From Comamonadaceae bacterium (GTDB taxonomy: Bacteria > Pseudomonadota > Gammaproteobacteria > Burkholderiales > Burkholderiaceae_C): DNA of 64,000 nucleotides. The position numbers and the translations under genes were made by a program. Within the stretch, counting starts at the first letter, position 1. Every line of letters starts with the position of its first letter. The notes beneath the pieces were generated by a model. It worked only from the letters and a program-made list of their open reading frames with translations. It made no database searches and had not been told where the DNA came from. This document shows, one piece after another, positions 28,746-38,155 of the stretch. The stretch lies in assembly GCA_947450675.1 (NCBI GenBank), contig CANFWI010000006.1, positions 1,447-65,446 of the forward strand, read 5' to 3'.

Positions 28746-29684
28746 ATGAAAACCATGAACCTCTCTTGGCTGGAAGACTTTCTGGCCTTGGCAGCCAGCG
28801 GCAACTTCTCCCGGGCGGCCGATGAGAGAAACATGACGCAGCCGGCTTTCAGTCGACGCATTCGGGCCTTGGAGCTGTGGTTGGGCGCCGATGTGTTTGA
28901 CCGAACCCGCCAACCCGCCACGCTGACGGACACCGGCAAATGGTTTGAACGCATCGCCCGCGACATGCTGGCCCAAGCTGCCAAGTTGCCCAGCGAAGCC
29001 AAAGCCTTCAACGATGCGAATTCAAAAACCCTGCGCATTGCATCGACGCATGCACTGTCTTTCACCTTCATGCCCGCATGGTTGCGGGGACTTGAATCGC
29101 ACATTGCGGTGGGCCCGGTACAGCTCATTTCGGATGTGATGCAACGCTGTGAAGCCCTGCTGCTAGAAAGTCAGGTGCAATTTTTACTCACGCATACCCA
29201 CGCCAAGGCAGCCGGTACGCTCGATGAAAAAGGCTACCCGTCCATCGAAGTGGGTCATGACTTGCTGATACCTGTTTCGGCCCCCAACAAAGACGGCACG
29301 CCGCAACATCTATTGGACAAAGGGACGGTTAAAAGTCCGGCCAAGCTGCTCAGCTACAGCCCCGAATCAGGCATCGGACGCATCGTTGCAGAGACCCAGG
29401 CTTCGGTCGCCCAGACGCTCCCAACTGAAACAATTTTCACGGCCCACTTGGCGTCTGTGTTGCGCACCATGGCCTTGGATGGCCGCGGTATTGCTTGGTT
29501 ACCCGAAACATTGATTGCAGAAGACTTGAAGCGCGGAGGGTTGGTGGAAGCCGCACCGCACCACTGGTGCATCAACATGCAAATCAGGCTTTACCGCGAC
29601 AAGGCCGCGATGAGCCCAGCGGGCGAAGACTTCTGGGCTGCGAATGTGCTCAGCAGTTCATCGTCAAGCGGCCTCTTGACTTGA
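28746..29684 (+). CDS. LysR-family transcriptional regulator
   Basis: NMTQPAFSRRIRALELWLG wHTH. The start is taken at 28746 (or 28755) because the ATG at 28734 lies inside the palindrome. Confidence 0.85.
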   Translation: MKTMNLSWLEDFLALAASGNFSRAADERNMTQPAFSRRIRALELWLGADVFDRTRQPATLTDTGKWFERIARDMLAQAAKLPSEAKAFNDANSKTLRIASTHALSFTFMPAWLRGLESHIAVGPVQLISDVMQRCEALLLESQVQFLLTHTHAKAAGTLDEKGYPSIEVGHDLLIPVSAPNKDGTPQHLLDKGTVKSPAKLLSYSPESGIGRIVAETQASVAQTLPTETIFTAHLASVLRTMALDGRGIAWLPETLIAEDLKRGGLVEAAPHHWCINMQIRLYRDKAAMSPAGEDFWAANVLSSSSSSGLLT

Positions 29685-30085
29685 CATCCACGTCGCTGAT
29701 GGTTGATTTTTTGAATCCGCAAAGTAGGATCATTTCGATCGCGCAGCTCAATTCAAGCAAAGATTGTCGGGTGGCGCTCGGCTGGCGTTTGTCTTCACCA
29801 CCCACATCGAATGTGTTGCCTTTGGGGCAGCTTGGGCCATGGCCGGACCGACGCTGAGAACCACCGCAGCACTTGAGAGGGGCCGACGAAGGCAAGGCCC
29901 CAACCAGCTGGATGCGCGTGAGTTTTGTGACATGATCACCCAGCAATTTGACGAGATGGTCGAGCGGCGAGACCGTTGACTATTGCGACAGCCTGCCAGC
30001 TGGCACGATTCCAGGCACCGTTTAATTCATTTCAAGGCCCTGCCAACAAGCGCATCGACACCCTTTATGCAACTCGGAATTCAAC

Positions 30086-30985
30086 ATGACAAACCCACTC
30101 GGTAGCAGCGTCAGAGCGCGCGCGCCTTACCAATCCATCGTCAACCGACCGCGCCTAGAGCTGCCAGGTGGCGCCCGCGTGGTGTTGTGGAACATCGTCA
30201 ACGTTGAAGTCTGGGAGCCCACCGGCTCTATGCCGCGCGCGGTGCTGTCGCCGCCCATGGGCAGCCCACTTTTGCCAGACATCCCTAACTGGTCTTGGCA
30301 CGAATACGGCATGCGCGTCGGCTTCTGGCGAATTCTCGATGCCTTGAGTGATCGAAAAATGAAAGCCACCTTCGCGCTGAATGGCGCCACCTGCCGCATG
30401 TATGAAGAGGTCTGCACCGCAGCTCTGAACGCAGGCTGGGAGTTCATGGGGCACGGACTGGTTCAGCGTCCCATGCACAAAGTCGAAGACCAACTCGGTG
30501 CCATCCGTGAAACGATGGAAGAAATCCGCAAGTTCACCGGCAAGCCGCCACGTGGCTGGGAAAGCCCCGGCCTCACCGAAACCGACGAGACACTGGACCA
30601 CCTCGCCGAATGTGGGATTGAATATGTCGCTGACTGGGTTTTTGACGATCAACCCGTCAGCCTGCAGTCGGCCAAGGGGCCGATCACGTCGATCCCTTAC
30701 ACCGTTGAGTTGAACGACGTGGTGATTTCAGCCGTACAGCAACACCCTTCAGACGAGATGCTCAAACGCGGCAAAGCGCACTTCGACCGCTTGTACCTAG
30801 ACGGCGCCAAGACACCCCGCGTGATGGCGATCTCGGTTCACCCTTACCTGAGCGGCGTACCGCACAGGATTGGCTACTTAGAGCAACTTTACGATTATGT
30901 TTTGAGCCATGAGGGCGTGGTGGTCTGGACAGGTGAGCAGATCCTCGACTGGTTTTTGGAGCAACGACGCAGCAACGCCGCTTGA
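30086..30985 (+). CDS. Polysaccharide deacetylase-family protein (PuuE/allantoinase-like)
   Basis: 299 aa. NWSWHEYGMRVGFWRIL, FALNG, HGL..RP and ISVHPYLSG resemble the PuuE-type deacetylase fold. Confidence 0.7.
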   Translation: MTNPLGSSVRARAPYQSIVNRPRLELPGGARVVLWNIVNVEVWEPTGSMPRAVLSPPMGSPLLPDIPNWSWHEYGMRVGFWRILDALSDRKMKATFALNGATCRMYEEVCTAALNAGWEFMGHGLVQRPMHKVEDQLGAIRETMEEIRKFTGKPPRGWESPGLTETDETLDHLAECGIEYVADWVFDDQPVSLQSAKGPITSIPYTVELNDVVISAVQQHPSDEMLKRGKAHFDRLYLDGAKTPRVMAISVHPYLSGVPHRIGYLEQLYDYVLSHEGVVVWTGEQILDWFLEQRRSNAA

Positions 30986-31072
30986 GCTTATCCGTTGGGC
31001 GAGCTCAAGCTTTGATGGACAGGTAATATCATCGTCCGCCCGCATGAGCTCCCCTTTTTCTCCTCCAGCCGT

Positions 31073-32278
31073 TTGACCACTCTCTCCACCGCCACCCAAC
31101 GTTCCGCTTTGCTGCTGTCATTTGCCACTTTCGGCAGCATGGCGATTCAGCGCATTTGCGACGCCATGCTGCCTGAGCTGTCGCGGGTTTTTAACGTCAG
31201 CCTGACGGAAGCTGCGCGGGTGGTCTGGATGTTTGCTGTGTTCTATGGCGCGTCGCAGCTTTTTTACGGCCCGCTGGGTGACCGCTTGGGCAAGTTCCGT
31301 ATCGTCACTTACGCCACCATCGGTTGCAGCGTGGCCAGTTTGGTGGCGGTGTTTGCCGGCAGCCTGAACGCGCTGGTGCTGGCCCGTGTCCTCACGGGTT
31401 TGTGCGCGGCCGCCATCATTCCGCTGTCGATGGCATGGATCGGCGACGCTGTGCCTTACGAGCAACGCCAGGAAACGCTGGCCAAGGTCGGGCTCGGCAC
31501 CACGGTGGGCTTGGTGGGTGGTCAATTGATGGGTGGCCTGCTGACAGACACCTTGGGCTGGCGCTGGGCTTTTGTGCTCATGTCACTGCTGTTTGCAGTG
31601 GTCGGTGCCTTGATGTATCGCGACTTCAAGCGACAAGCGCCGCCCGCCGCTGCGGGACACGATGCGCAAAACAGGCCGTCCTTTGTGGGCCAAGCGTTGC
31701 GGATCGTGACCGCGCCATGGGCACGCTTCATCCTTTTGATCGCCATGGTGGAAGGCGCTTGCGGCTTCGGTGTGCTGGCCATCATTGCCTCGCACCTGCA
31801 CCGTGAGCTGTTGCTGTCACTCACCGCGTCTGGCGCCATCGTGGCGATGTTCGGCGTCGGCGGCGTGGTGTACATGGCACTGGCCAAGCATTTGATTCGC
31901 CGCTTTGGTGAAACCGGCTTGGCACAATGGGGCGGCAGTTTGATGGGCGTGTCGTTTTTGGTGCTGGGTTTGGCCACTTGGTGGCCCTTGACACCGATCG
32001 CCTGCTTGGTCGCTGGTTTCGGTTTTTTCATGTTTCACAACACCATGCAACTGCACGCCACGCAAATGGCGCCGACAGCCCGCGGCACAGCCGTGTCCTT
32101 ATTTGCCTCCTGCCTGTTCATTGGTCAGGCACTGGGCGTGCTACTGGCAGCCAACTTGGTCGCGCTGCTCAGCTCCGCGGTGGTGATTGCACTGGGCGGC
32201 AGCGGCATCATGACGCTGGGTTTCATTCTGGCCAGCGGCTTGCGCCGGCGTGCCCTTAAAACCGATACTGCCCTGTGA
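31073..32278 (+). CDS. MFS transporter
   Basis: 12 predicted helices, motif-A-like GPLGDRLGKFR. TTG start as given by the ORF track; true start uncertain. Confidence 0.8.
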   Translation: MTTLSTATQRSALLLSFATFGSMAIQRICDAMLPELSRVFNVSLTEAARVVWMFAVFYGASQLFYGPLGDRLGKFRIVTYATIGCSVASLVAVFAGSLNALVLARVLTGLCAAAIIPLSMAWIGDAVPYEQRQETLAKVGLGTTVGLVGGQLMGGLLTDTLGWRWAFVLMSLLFAVVGALMYRDFKRQAPPAAAGHDAQNRPSFVGQALRIVTAPWARFILLIAMVEGACGFGVLAIIASHLHRELLLSLTASGAIVAMFGVGGVVYMALAKHLIRRFGETGLAQWGGSLMGVSFLVLGLATWWPLTPIACLVAGFGFFMFHNTMQLHATQMAPTARGTAVSLFASCLFIGQALGVLLAANLVALLSSAVVIALGGSGIMTLGFILASGLRRRALKTDTAL

Positions 32279-33239
32279 CCACCTGCCCCACTTTGAGCCA
32301 CTGATCCACGCCTTCGAGGGTGATGGTGTTCATGCCAAAAGACAGCGCGCCGTTCAGCCGCGCATCTTGCCGGTAGGTTTGCAACAGGTCGTTCACCACC
32401 GGCGTGCTGCTGGCGCTCAGCGGGTCGATGTTGACGATCGGGCAACGCGGGCACGGCTTGACCGGCTGCAAGCGGACCGTGCCCTCTGCCGTGACGATCT
32501 CTAATTTTTGCAGACGGTCTTCGTCGTGCGCCAACATCACGTCCGATGCACCGGACGCCCCTGACGCCCCGGACGCATCACCGAGCACGATATTCGGCCG
32601 AAAGCGCGCCATGGTCACGGCTTCTTGTCCAGCAGCACGCAGCTTGTCGTTGAGTCCGTTGAGCGAGGCTTCGCTGGTCAGCAGCAGCGGGTAACCGTCG
32701 CTGAATAGATTTAGCGCTTCAAGCCCGCCCGTCCAGCTCAGACTGGAGGCACGCTTGTGCTCCGGGTCAAAACGCACCAGCCGCGCTTTGACGCCCAGAA
32801 AGTCACTGACCCATTGCGCGGCCGTCGCACCCATGTCGTAAGCGGCCACGTCTTGACCCCAGACGCTGGCTTGCACAGCCGCTTCAACCTTGTCGATCGC
32901 CAAGTGCAGCGCCAGCATGCCGGGCGCCCGCAGCACGATGTCGTCGGTGCGCAGCTTCGGCTGAATCAGCGCCATGCGCGGCAATTCACGTTGCGTCAAA
33001 AAGGTGTTGTTCTCATCAACCACCATCCAAGCGCGGTCCAAGTCCAGACCGGTTTCGGTCAGATAAGCCTCTTGGACAGCCACGCCGGCGCAAGACTTGA
33101 CAGGGTAAACATACAACTGCGCAATGACGGCGCCGAAGTCAGGGGCGTTCTGGGGGCGAGTGGTGTCGGTCAAGAGAGTCCTTCGAAAATGGGGGCAAGT
33201 GGGGTCATCCAAACACGGCTGTCTGCGCTGATTTTGCAC
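32256..33239 (-). CDS. MOSC-domain protein (YcbX-like)
   Basis: LYVYPVKSCAG beta-barrel N-terminus and MOSC Cys region VKPCPRCPIVNIDP. The start at 33239 is GTG; an internal TTG at 33173 is equally plausible. Confidence 0.8.
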   Translation of the reverse strand: MQNQRRQPCLDDPTCPHFRRTLLTDTTRPQNAPDFGAVIAQLYVYPVKSCAGVAVQEAYLTETGLDLDRAWMVVDENNTFLTQRELPRMALIQPKLRTDDIVLRAPGMLALHLAIDKVEAAVQASVWGQDVAAYDMGATAAQWVSDFLGVKARLVRFDPEHKRASSLSWTGGLEALNLFSDGYPLLLTSEASLNGLNDKLRAAGQEAVTMARFRPNIVLGDASGASGASGASDVMLAHDEDRLQKLEIVTAEGTVRLQPVKPCPRCPIVNIDPLSASSTPVVNDLLQTYRQDARLNGALSFGMNTITLEGVDQWLKVGQVVTGQYRF

Positions 33240-33257
33240 TGGCTCCTAAAATGCCCC

Positions 33258-34385
33258 ATGCCCAAGAATTTTGATGTGTGTATTCGTGGCGACGGGATTG
33301 TCGGACGCACGCTGGCCTTACTGCTGGCGCGTGAGCGGCTCCGTGTGGCGCTGGTGGCCCAGCCCACGCCAATCCCTGTGGCTGAAGACGTGCGCGCTTA
33401 TGCGCTCAACGGTGTCTCACGTGCCCTGCTCATGCAGCTGCGCGCTTGGCCGACAACGCCTGCCGTCACACCCGTGAGCGAGATGCGCGTTTGGGGTGAC
33501 AGTGGTGGCCGGCTCGACTTCACGCTGCCGACCAGCTCTGCGGGAATCCAGGCCGCCCAGCCGTCTGAGGCGCTGGCCTGGATTGTTGATGTACCTGCGC
33601 TGGAGCAGCAACTCGCCGAGGCTTTGCGCTTTGCGCCTGAGGTCGACTATGTGGCCTCCGCAGATGAAGCCGCTGCAAAACTCACCGTGGTCTGCGAAGG
33701 TCAAAAAAGCAGCAGCCGTCGCGAGTTTGGCGCGGACTGGACGGTCAAACCCTACGGCCAAAAAGCCGTGGCAGCACGCTTTGAATCAGACCGGCCGCAC
33801 CGCGGCGTCGCCAGACAATGGTTTGGCCAAGGCGACGTGCTCGGCTTGCTGCCGGTGGCCGGTGCAGACGGCAACGCGCTAGCGCTGGTCTGGTCGGTGC
33901 CCGTAGCGCGGGCCGAAGCTCTGCAAAAAATGTCGCCTGAGGAACTGGCTGCAGCCGTGCAACACGTCTGTGGCGACGAAGCCGGTCACTTAACGTTGAG
34001 CAGCCCGGTGGCCAGCTGGCCGCTGAATTTGTCCACCGCTGAGCGCTGGGTCGGCCCGGGCTGGGCGCTGGCTGGCGACGCCGCGCACACCGTGCACCCG
34101 ATGGCGGGCCAAGGTTTGAACTTGGGCTTGGGTGATGTCAAAACATTGGCCGAGGTCTTGAAGGACCGCGAGTACTGGCGTTCACTGGGCGACGAAAAAC
34201 TACTGCGCCGCTATGAGCGTGCGCGCAAGGCCGATGTGCTGGCGATGGCCACCGTGACCGACGGCCTGCACGGCCTCTTTGCCCACACCGACACCCGATG
34301 GCAAGCGCTGCGCAACTGGGGCATGACCGGCGTGGCGCGCAGCGGCCCGCTCAAAGCTTGGCTGACGCGGCAAGCCACCGGCTAA
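33258..34385 (+). CDS. UbiH/UbiF/VisC/COQ6-family FAD-dependent monooxygenase
   Basis: FDVCIRGDGIVGRTLALLLA dinucleotide fold and GDAAHTVHPMAGQGLNLG. The ATG at 33258 is used because the longer ORF-track form is antisense overlap with the MOSC gene. Confidence 0.85.
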   Translation: MPKNFDVCIRGDGIVGRTLALLLARERLRVALVAQPTPIPVAEDVRAYALNGVSRALLMQLRAWPTTPAVTPVSEMRVWGDSGGRLDFTLPTSSAGIQAAQPSEALAWIVDVPALEQQLAEALRFAPEVDYVASADEAAAKLTVVCEGQKSSSRREFGADWTVKPYGQKAVAARFESDRPHRGVARQWFGQGDVLGLLPVAGADGNALALVWSVPVARAEALQKMSPEELAAAVQHVCGDEAGHLTLSSPVASWPLNLSTAERWVGPGWALAGDAAHTVHPMAGQGLNLGLGDVKTLAEVLKDREYWRSLGDEKLLRRYERARKADVLAMATVTDGLHGLFAHTDTRWQALRNWGMTGVARSGPLKAWLTRQATG

Positions 34386-34390
34386 TTTTT

Positions 34391-34418
34391 CGTCATTGCG
34401 AGCGCAGCGCGGCAATCC
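34391..34418. repeat. Solitary REP-like unit CGTCATTGCGAGCGCAGCGCGGCAATCC
   Basis: Near-identical to units at 20186..20213 and 22253..22280. Located 5 nt after the ubiH-like stop. Confidence 0.85.
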
Positions 34419-34457
34419 ATACCCCGCTATGACATCAACAAAACACAGGATATTCAA

Positions 34458-35210
34458 ATGACCCCATTTTTTTCGCGATCTACTTTAACTCGCCGCTCTG
34501 GCTTTTGCGCTTTTGGACTGGCCTTGAGCTTGCTCGCAGGCACGTCCGCTTGGGCGCAAGAAGCCGCGATTCGTAAAAACCTGAGCGAGCGTCTGCCCAC
34601 GCTGCCAAAAATCGAAGAAGTCAGCAAAACGCCGATGAACGGCCTGTTTGAAGTTCGCGTTAACGGCAACGACCTTTTCTACACCGATGCCGACGGCAGC
34701 TTTCTGATTCAGGGCACTCTGATCGACACCAAGGCCAAAAAGAATTTGACCGACGAACGCACTGAAAAACTCAACGCAGTGGCCTTTGACGCGCTGCCAT
34801 TGAAAGACGCTTTCACCATCGTCCACGGCAACGGCAAGCGCAAGATGGCGGTCTTTGAAGACCCTAACTGCGGCTACTGCAAACGCTTTGAGCGCGACCT
34901 GCAAAAGGTCACCGACGTGACGATTCATCTGTTTTTATTCCCCATCCTGAGCGCCGACTCCACCGAAAAAGCCAAGGCCGTCTGGTGCTCCAAAGACAAA
35001 GCAAAAGCCTGGGCTGACATGATGCTGCAAGGTAAAAACGCCCCTGCGGGCAGCTGCGACACCTCGGTCTTGGCACGCAACGTCGAGTTCGGCAAAAAAT
35101 ACCGCATAACCGGCACACCCACCGTGATTTTTGCTGACGGCACCCGCGTACCCGGTGCCATCAGCGCGCAGCAAGTCGAGAAATACCTGGCTGATGCCAA
35201 GGCGCTCTGA
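34458..35210 (+). CDS. dsbC: Thiol:disulfide interchange protein DsbC/DsbG family
   Basis: Signal peptide, dimerisation N-domain, thioredoxin fold with CGYC. Confidence 0.88.
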   Translation: MTPFFSRSTLTRRSGFCAFGLALSLLAGTSAWAQEAAIRKNLSERLPTLPKIEEVSKTPMNGLFEVRVNGNDLFYTDADGSFLIQGTLIDTKAKKNLTDERTEKLNAVAFDALPLKDAFTIVHGNGKRKMAVFEDPNCGYCKRFERDLQKVTDVTIHLFLFPILSADSTEKAKAVWCSKDKAKAWADMMLQGKNAPAGSCDTSVLARNVEFGKKYRITGTPTVIFADGTRVPGAISAQQVEKYLADAKAL

Positions 35211-35231
35211 ACCGCCACAGATTGCCACTGT

Positions 35232-37025
35232 ATGACCGCCTCCAAGTCAGCCACTCCAAGCTCTTCGACCAACTCGGCCATTCACTACCGCGTTGAAATC
35301 GCTGACCTGCAGGCCCATCTTTTCAAAGTCACGCTGACCGTGGCGAAACCGGAGGCGCTGCAAAAAGTCTCCTTGCCGGTGTGGATTCCAGGCAGCTATT
35401 TGGTGCGTGAATTTGCCGGCCACTTGCAAGGACTCAAGGCCAAACAAAGCAGCCGCGCACTGACAACGAGCCAGGTTGAACAGCTCGACAAATGCAGTTG
35501 GTTGCTTCACTGCGCCCCGGCACGGCCCTTGGTGCTGGTGTACGAGGTGTATGCCAACGACCACTCGGTGCGCACAGCCATCCTCGGCGATGCGCGCGGA
35601 TTTTTCAACGGCACCAGCTTGTGTCTGCGCGTCGAAGGGCAAGAACACAGCGTGCATGAGCTGGAGATCATGGCTCCCAAAGCCAAGTCAGACTGGTCGC
35701 TGGCGACCGGCCTGGCACCGCACAAAATCAGCAAGAATGGCTTCGGCCGCTACCGCGCCGCCGACTACGACGAGTTGGTCGACAGCCCGGTCGAGATGGG
35801 TGCTTTCTGGAGCGGCAGCTTCAAGGCCTGCGGCGTGCCGCACCGCTTTGTCGTGGCCGGTGCCGCGCCGAGTTTTGACGGAGCACAACTGCTGCTCGAT
35901 GTGCAAAAAATCTGCGAGACGCAAATTCGCTTTTGGCACGGAGCCAAGAAACCGCCGTTCAAACATTACGTCTTCATGCTGAACGCCGTTGACGACGGTT
36001 ACGGTGGGCTGGAGCACCGCAACTCAACTGCGCTCATTTGCAACCGGCGCGACCTGCCGCGGCTCGGTGAGAAGAAAGTATCGGAGGGCTACACCACGCT
36101 GCGCGGGCTCATCAGTCACGAGTATTTCCACACGTGGAACGTCAAGCGTTTGCGCCCCGCCGAGTTCACCCGCTATGACTACACCCGCGAGAACTACACA
36201 CAGCTGCTGTGGTTTTTTGAAGGCTTCACCAGCTACTACGACGACCTGATGCTGCGCCGCTGCGGCCTGCTCGACAACGCCGGCTACCTCAAGCTGCTGA
36301 ACAAAACCATCAACCAAGTGATGCAGTCGCCGGGTCGGCTGGTGCAGTCGGTGGCCGAAGCCAGTTTTGACGCTTGGGTCAAGTACTACCGACAAGACGA
36401 CAACACGCCCAACGCCACCATCAGCTACTACACCAAAGGGGCGCTGATCGCGCTGTGCTTTGACCTCAGCCTGCGCTCAGCCACTGAAAAAAGCACCACG
36501 CTCGACGAGGTGATGCGCACGCTGTGGGCGCGCTGCCAAGGCGGCCCCATGACCGAAGACGATTTCGCCGCCGCATTGCTGAGCGCCAGCGGCCGAAGCT
36601 TCGATGCGGAACTGGCCAGCTGGGTCCACGGCAAGACCGAGTTGCCACTGAAAGAATTGTTAGAGCGACACGGTCTGGCGGTGTCTGAAGAGCCCGCACA
36701 ACTCGCGCAACGTTTGGGCTTGCGTGTGACCGAGTCGCCAGGCGTCGTGGTCAAGACTGTGCTGCGCGGCGGTGCGGCAGAACGCGCCGGCTTCGCCCCC
36801 GGCGACGAATGGCTGGGCATTGAATCTGCCAAAACCGGCTGGCGCATGAACAAACTTGACGACCTGCTGCTCTACGCCGATACCAAAAACAAACTGCAAG
36901 CGCTGGTCGCCCGCGACAAGCGCTTGCTGCGCTTAACGCTGGCCATGCCGGCCGCAGCAACCACTTGGCGCCTCGCCATCAAAGACTCGTCCCTGCTGAA
37001 CCAATGGCTGAGCCCGGCGGCATGA
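35232..37025 (+). CDS. M61-family glycyl aminopeptidase with C-terminal PDZ domain
   Basis: HEYFHTWN zinc motif. PDZ-like VVKTVLRGGAAERAGFAPGDEWLGI. Confidence 0.85.
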   Translation: MTASKSATPSSSTNSAIHYRVEIADLQAHLFKVTLTVAKPEALQKVSLPVWIPGSYLVREFAGHLQGLKAKQSSRALTTSQVEQLDKCSWLLHCAPARPLVLVYEVYANDHSVRTAILGDARGFFNGTSLCLRVEGQEHSVHELEIMAPKAKSDWSLATGLAPHKISKNGFGRYRAADYDELVDSPVEMGAFWSGSFKACGVPHRFVVAGAAPSFDGAQLLLDVQKICETQIRFWHGAKKPPFKHYVFMLNAVDDGYGGLEHRNSTALICNRRDLPRLGEKKVSEGYTTLRGLISHEYFHTWNVKRLRPAEFTRYDYTRENYTQLLWFFEGFTSYYDDLMLRRCGLLDNAGYLKLLNKTINQVMQSPGRLVQSVAEASFDAWVKYYRQDDNTPNATISYYTKGALIALCFDLSLRSATEKSTTLDEVMRTLWARCQGGPMTEDDFAAALLSASGRSFDAELASWVHGKTELPLKELLERHGLAVSEEPAQLAQRLGLRVTESPGVVVKTVLRGGAAERAGFAPGDEWLGIESAKTGWRMNKLDDLLLYADTKNKLQALVARDKRLLRLTLAMPAAATTWRLAIKDSSLLNQWLSPAA

Positions 37026-37087
37026 GACTGCTTGGTTCAAAATAACGCGACACATCCCTGCTGAGACAAACCCTAAAAAGGAAACGC

Positions 37088-37876
37088 ATGAGCTACGAAA
37101 CTATTTTGGTCAGCCGCCAAGGCCCAGACAACCGCCAAGTCGGCATCGTCACGCTGAACCGGCCCAAGCAACTCAATGCGCTGAACGACCAACTGATGGA
37201 CGAGTTGGGCGCTGCGCTGACGGCGTTTGACGCTGACGAGCACATCGGCTGCATCATCTTGACCGGCAGCGAGAAAGCTTTTGCGGCGGGCGCAGACATC
37301 AGCGCCATGGCCGAATTCGACTTTGCCGATGTCTACGGCAAAGACTTCATCACCCGCAATTGGGAAAAAATTCGCCAAGTGCGCAAACCCGTGATTGCCG
37401 CCGTCAGCGGTTTTGCACTGGGCGGCGGCTGCGAGCTGGCCATGATGTGCGACTTCATCATTGCGGCCGACAATGCGCGCTTCGGTCAGCCTGAAATCAA
37501 GCTCGGCATCATTGCCGGTGCTGGCGGCACGCAACGTTTGCCGCGCGCCGTGGGCAAAGCCAAAGCCATGGACATGGCGCTGACCGGCCGCATGATGGAC
37601 GCCGCCGAGGCCGAACGTGCCGGCTTGGTCAGCCGCGTGGTGCCCTTCGACAAGCTGATGGACGAAGCATTGGGCGCCGCGCTGATGATCTGCGATTACG
37701 GACAAAACAGTGTGATGGCCACCAAAGAGTCCGTGAACCGGGCTTTTGAGAGCACTTTGTCAGACGGCCTGATGTTTGAGCGCCGCCTGTTCCACGCCAT
37801 GTTTGCCACCAGCGACCAGAAGGAAGGCATGCAGGCTTTTCTAGCTAAACGTAAAGCCGTGTTCACACACCGCTGA
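37088..37876 (+). CDS. Enoyl-CoA hydratase (crotonase family)
   Basis: [14 protein letters not shown] oxyanion-hole motif, 262 aa. Confidence 0.9.
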   Translation: MSYETILVSRQGPDNRQVGIVTLNRPKQLNALNDQLMDELGAALTAFDADEHIGCIILTGSEKAFAAGADISAMAEFDFADVYGKDFITRNWEKIRQVRKPVIAAVSGFALGGGCELAMMCDFIIAADNARFGQPEIKLGIIAGAGGTQRLPRAVGKAKAMDMALTGRMMDAAEAERAGLVSRVVPFDKLMDEALGAALMICDYGQNSVMATKESVNRAFESTLSDGLMFERRLFHAMFATSDQKEGMQAFLAKRKAVFTHR

Positions 37877-37900
37877 AACCCAATCTGAACCCGCTATAAT
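37872..37900 (+). promoter_or_regulatory. Possible sigma-70 promoter for the tRNA (perfect -10 TATAAT at 37895..37900)
   Basis: TATAAT lies 11 nt before the mature tRNA 5' end. Only a weak -35 (gctgaa) at 17-bp spacing. Confidence 0.4.
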
Positions 37901-37911
37901 CTTGCTCTCTT

Positions 37912-37988
37912 GGTGATATAGCTCAGTTGGTTAGAGCGCAGCATTCATAATGCTGATGTCGGTGGTTCAAGTCCACCTATCACCACCA
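37912..37988 (+). tRNA. tRNA with CAT anticodon, most likely elongator tRNA-Met (tRNA-Ile2 not excluded)
   Basis: Folded by hand. Acceptor GGTGATA/TATCACC, D arm GCTC-AGTTGGTTA-GAGC, anticodon arm CAGCA-TTCATAA-TGCTG, T arm GGTGG-TTCAAGT-CCACC, encoded CCA. No initiator features. Confidence 0.92.
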
Positions 37989-38022
37989 TTTTTAGGTTTC
38001 AGACAGTGTCTGGAACCCTCAG

Positions 38023-38056
38023 AACCCGCAGTCCTATTGGCCTAGCGGGTTTTTTG
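38023..38056 (+). terminator. Rho-independent terminator after the tRNA
   Basis: Stem aacccgcag/ctagcgggtt followed by T6. Confidence 0.7.
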
Positions 38057-38155
38057 TTGCCTCAAGCCATCTCGCGGGGATAGCATGAGGTACCGTCAAA
38101 CTTACGGTACTTCTGACGGTACTTTTAAAAATCCTCTGTTTTTAGGGGGGCAAAA

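Noticed and set aside
28682-29128. 148-aa minus-strand ORF overlapping the LysR gene start
   Set aside because: It is antisense to the LysR wHTH region and crosses the 31-bp palindrome. Its composition is typical of a shadow ORF.
32757-33257. 167-codon N-terminal extension of the ubiH-like ORF
   Set aside because: It overlaps the MOSC gene in antisense and has no flavoprotein features. The FAD-binding fold begins right after the ATG at 33258.
37073-37705. 210-aa minus-strand ORF
   Set aside because: It is antisense to the crotonase gene and has no motifs.
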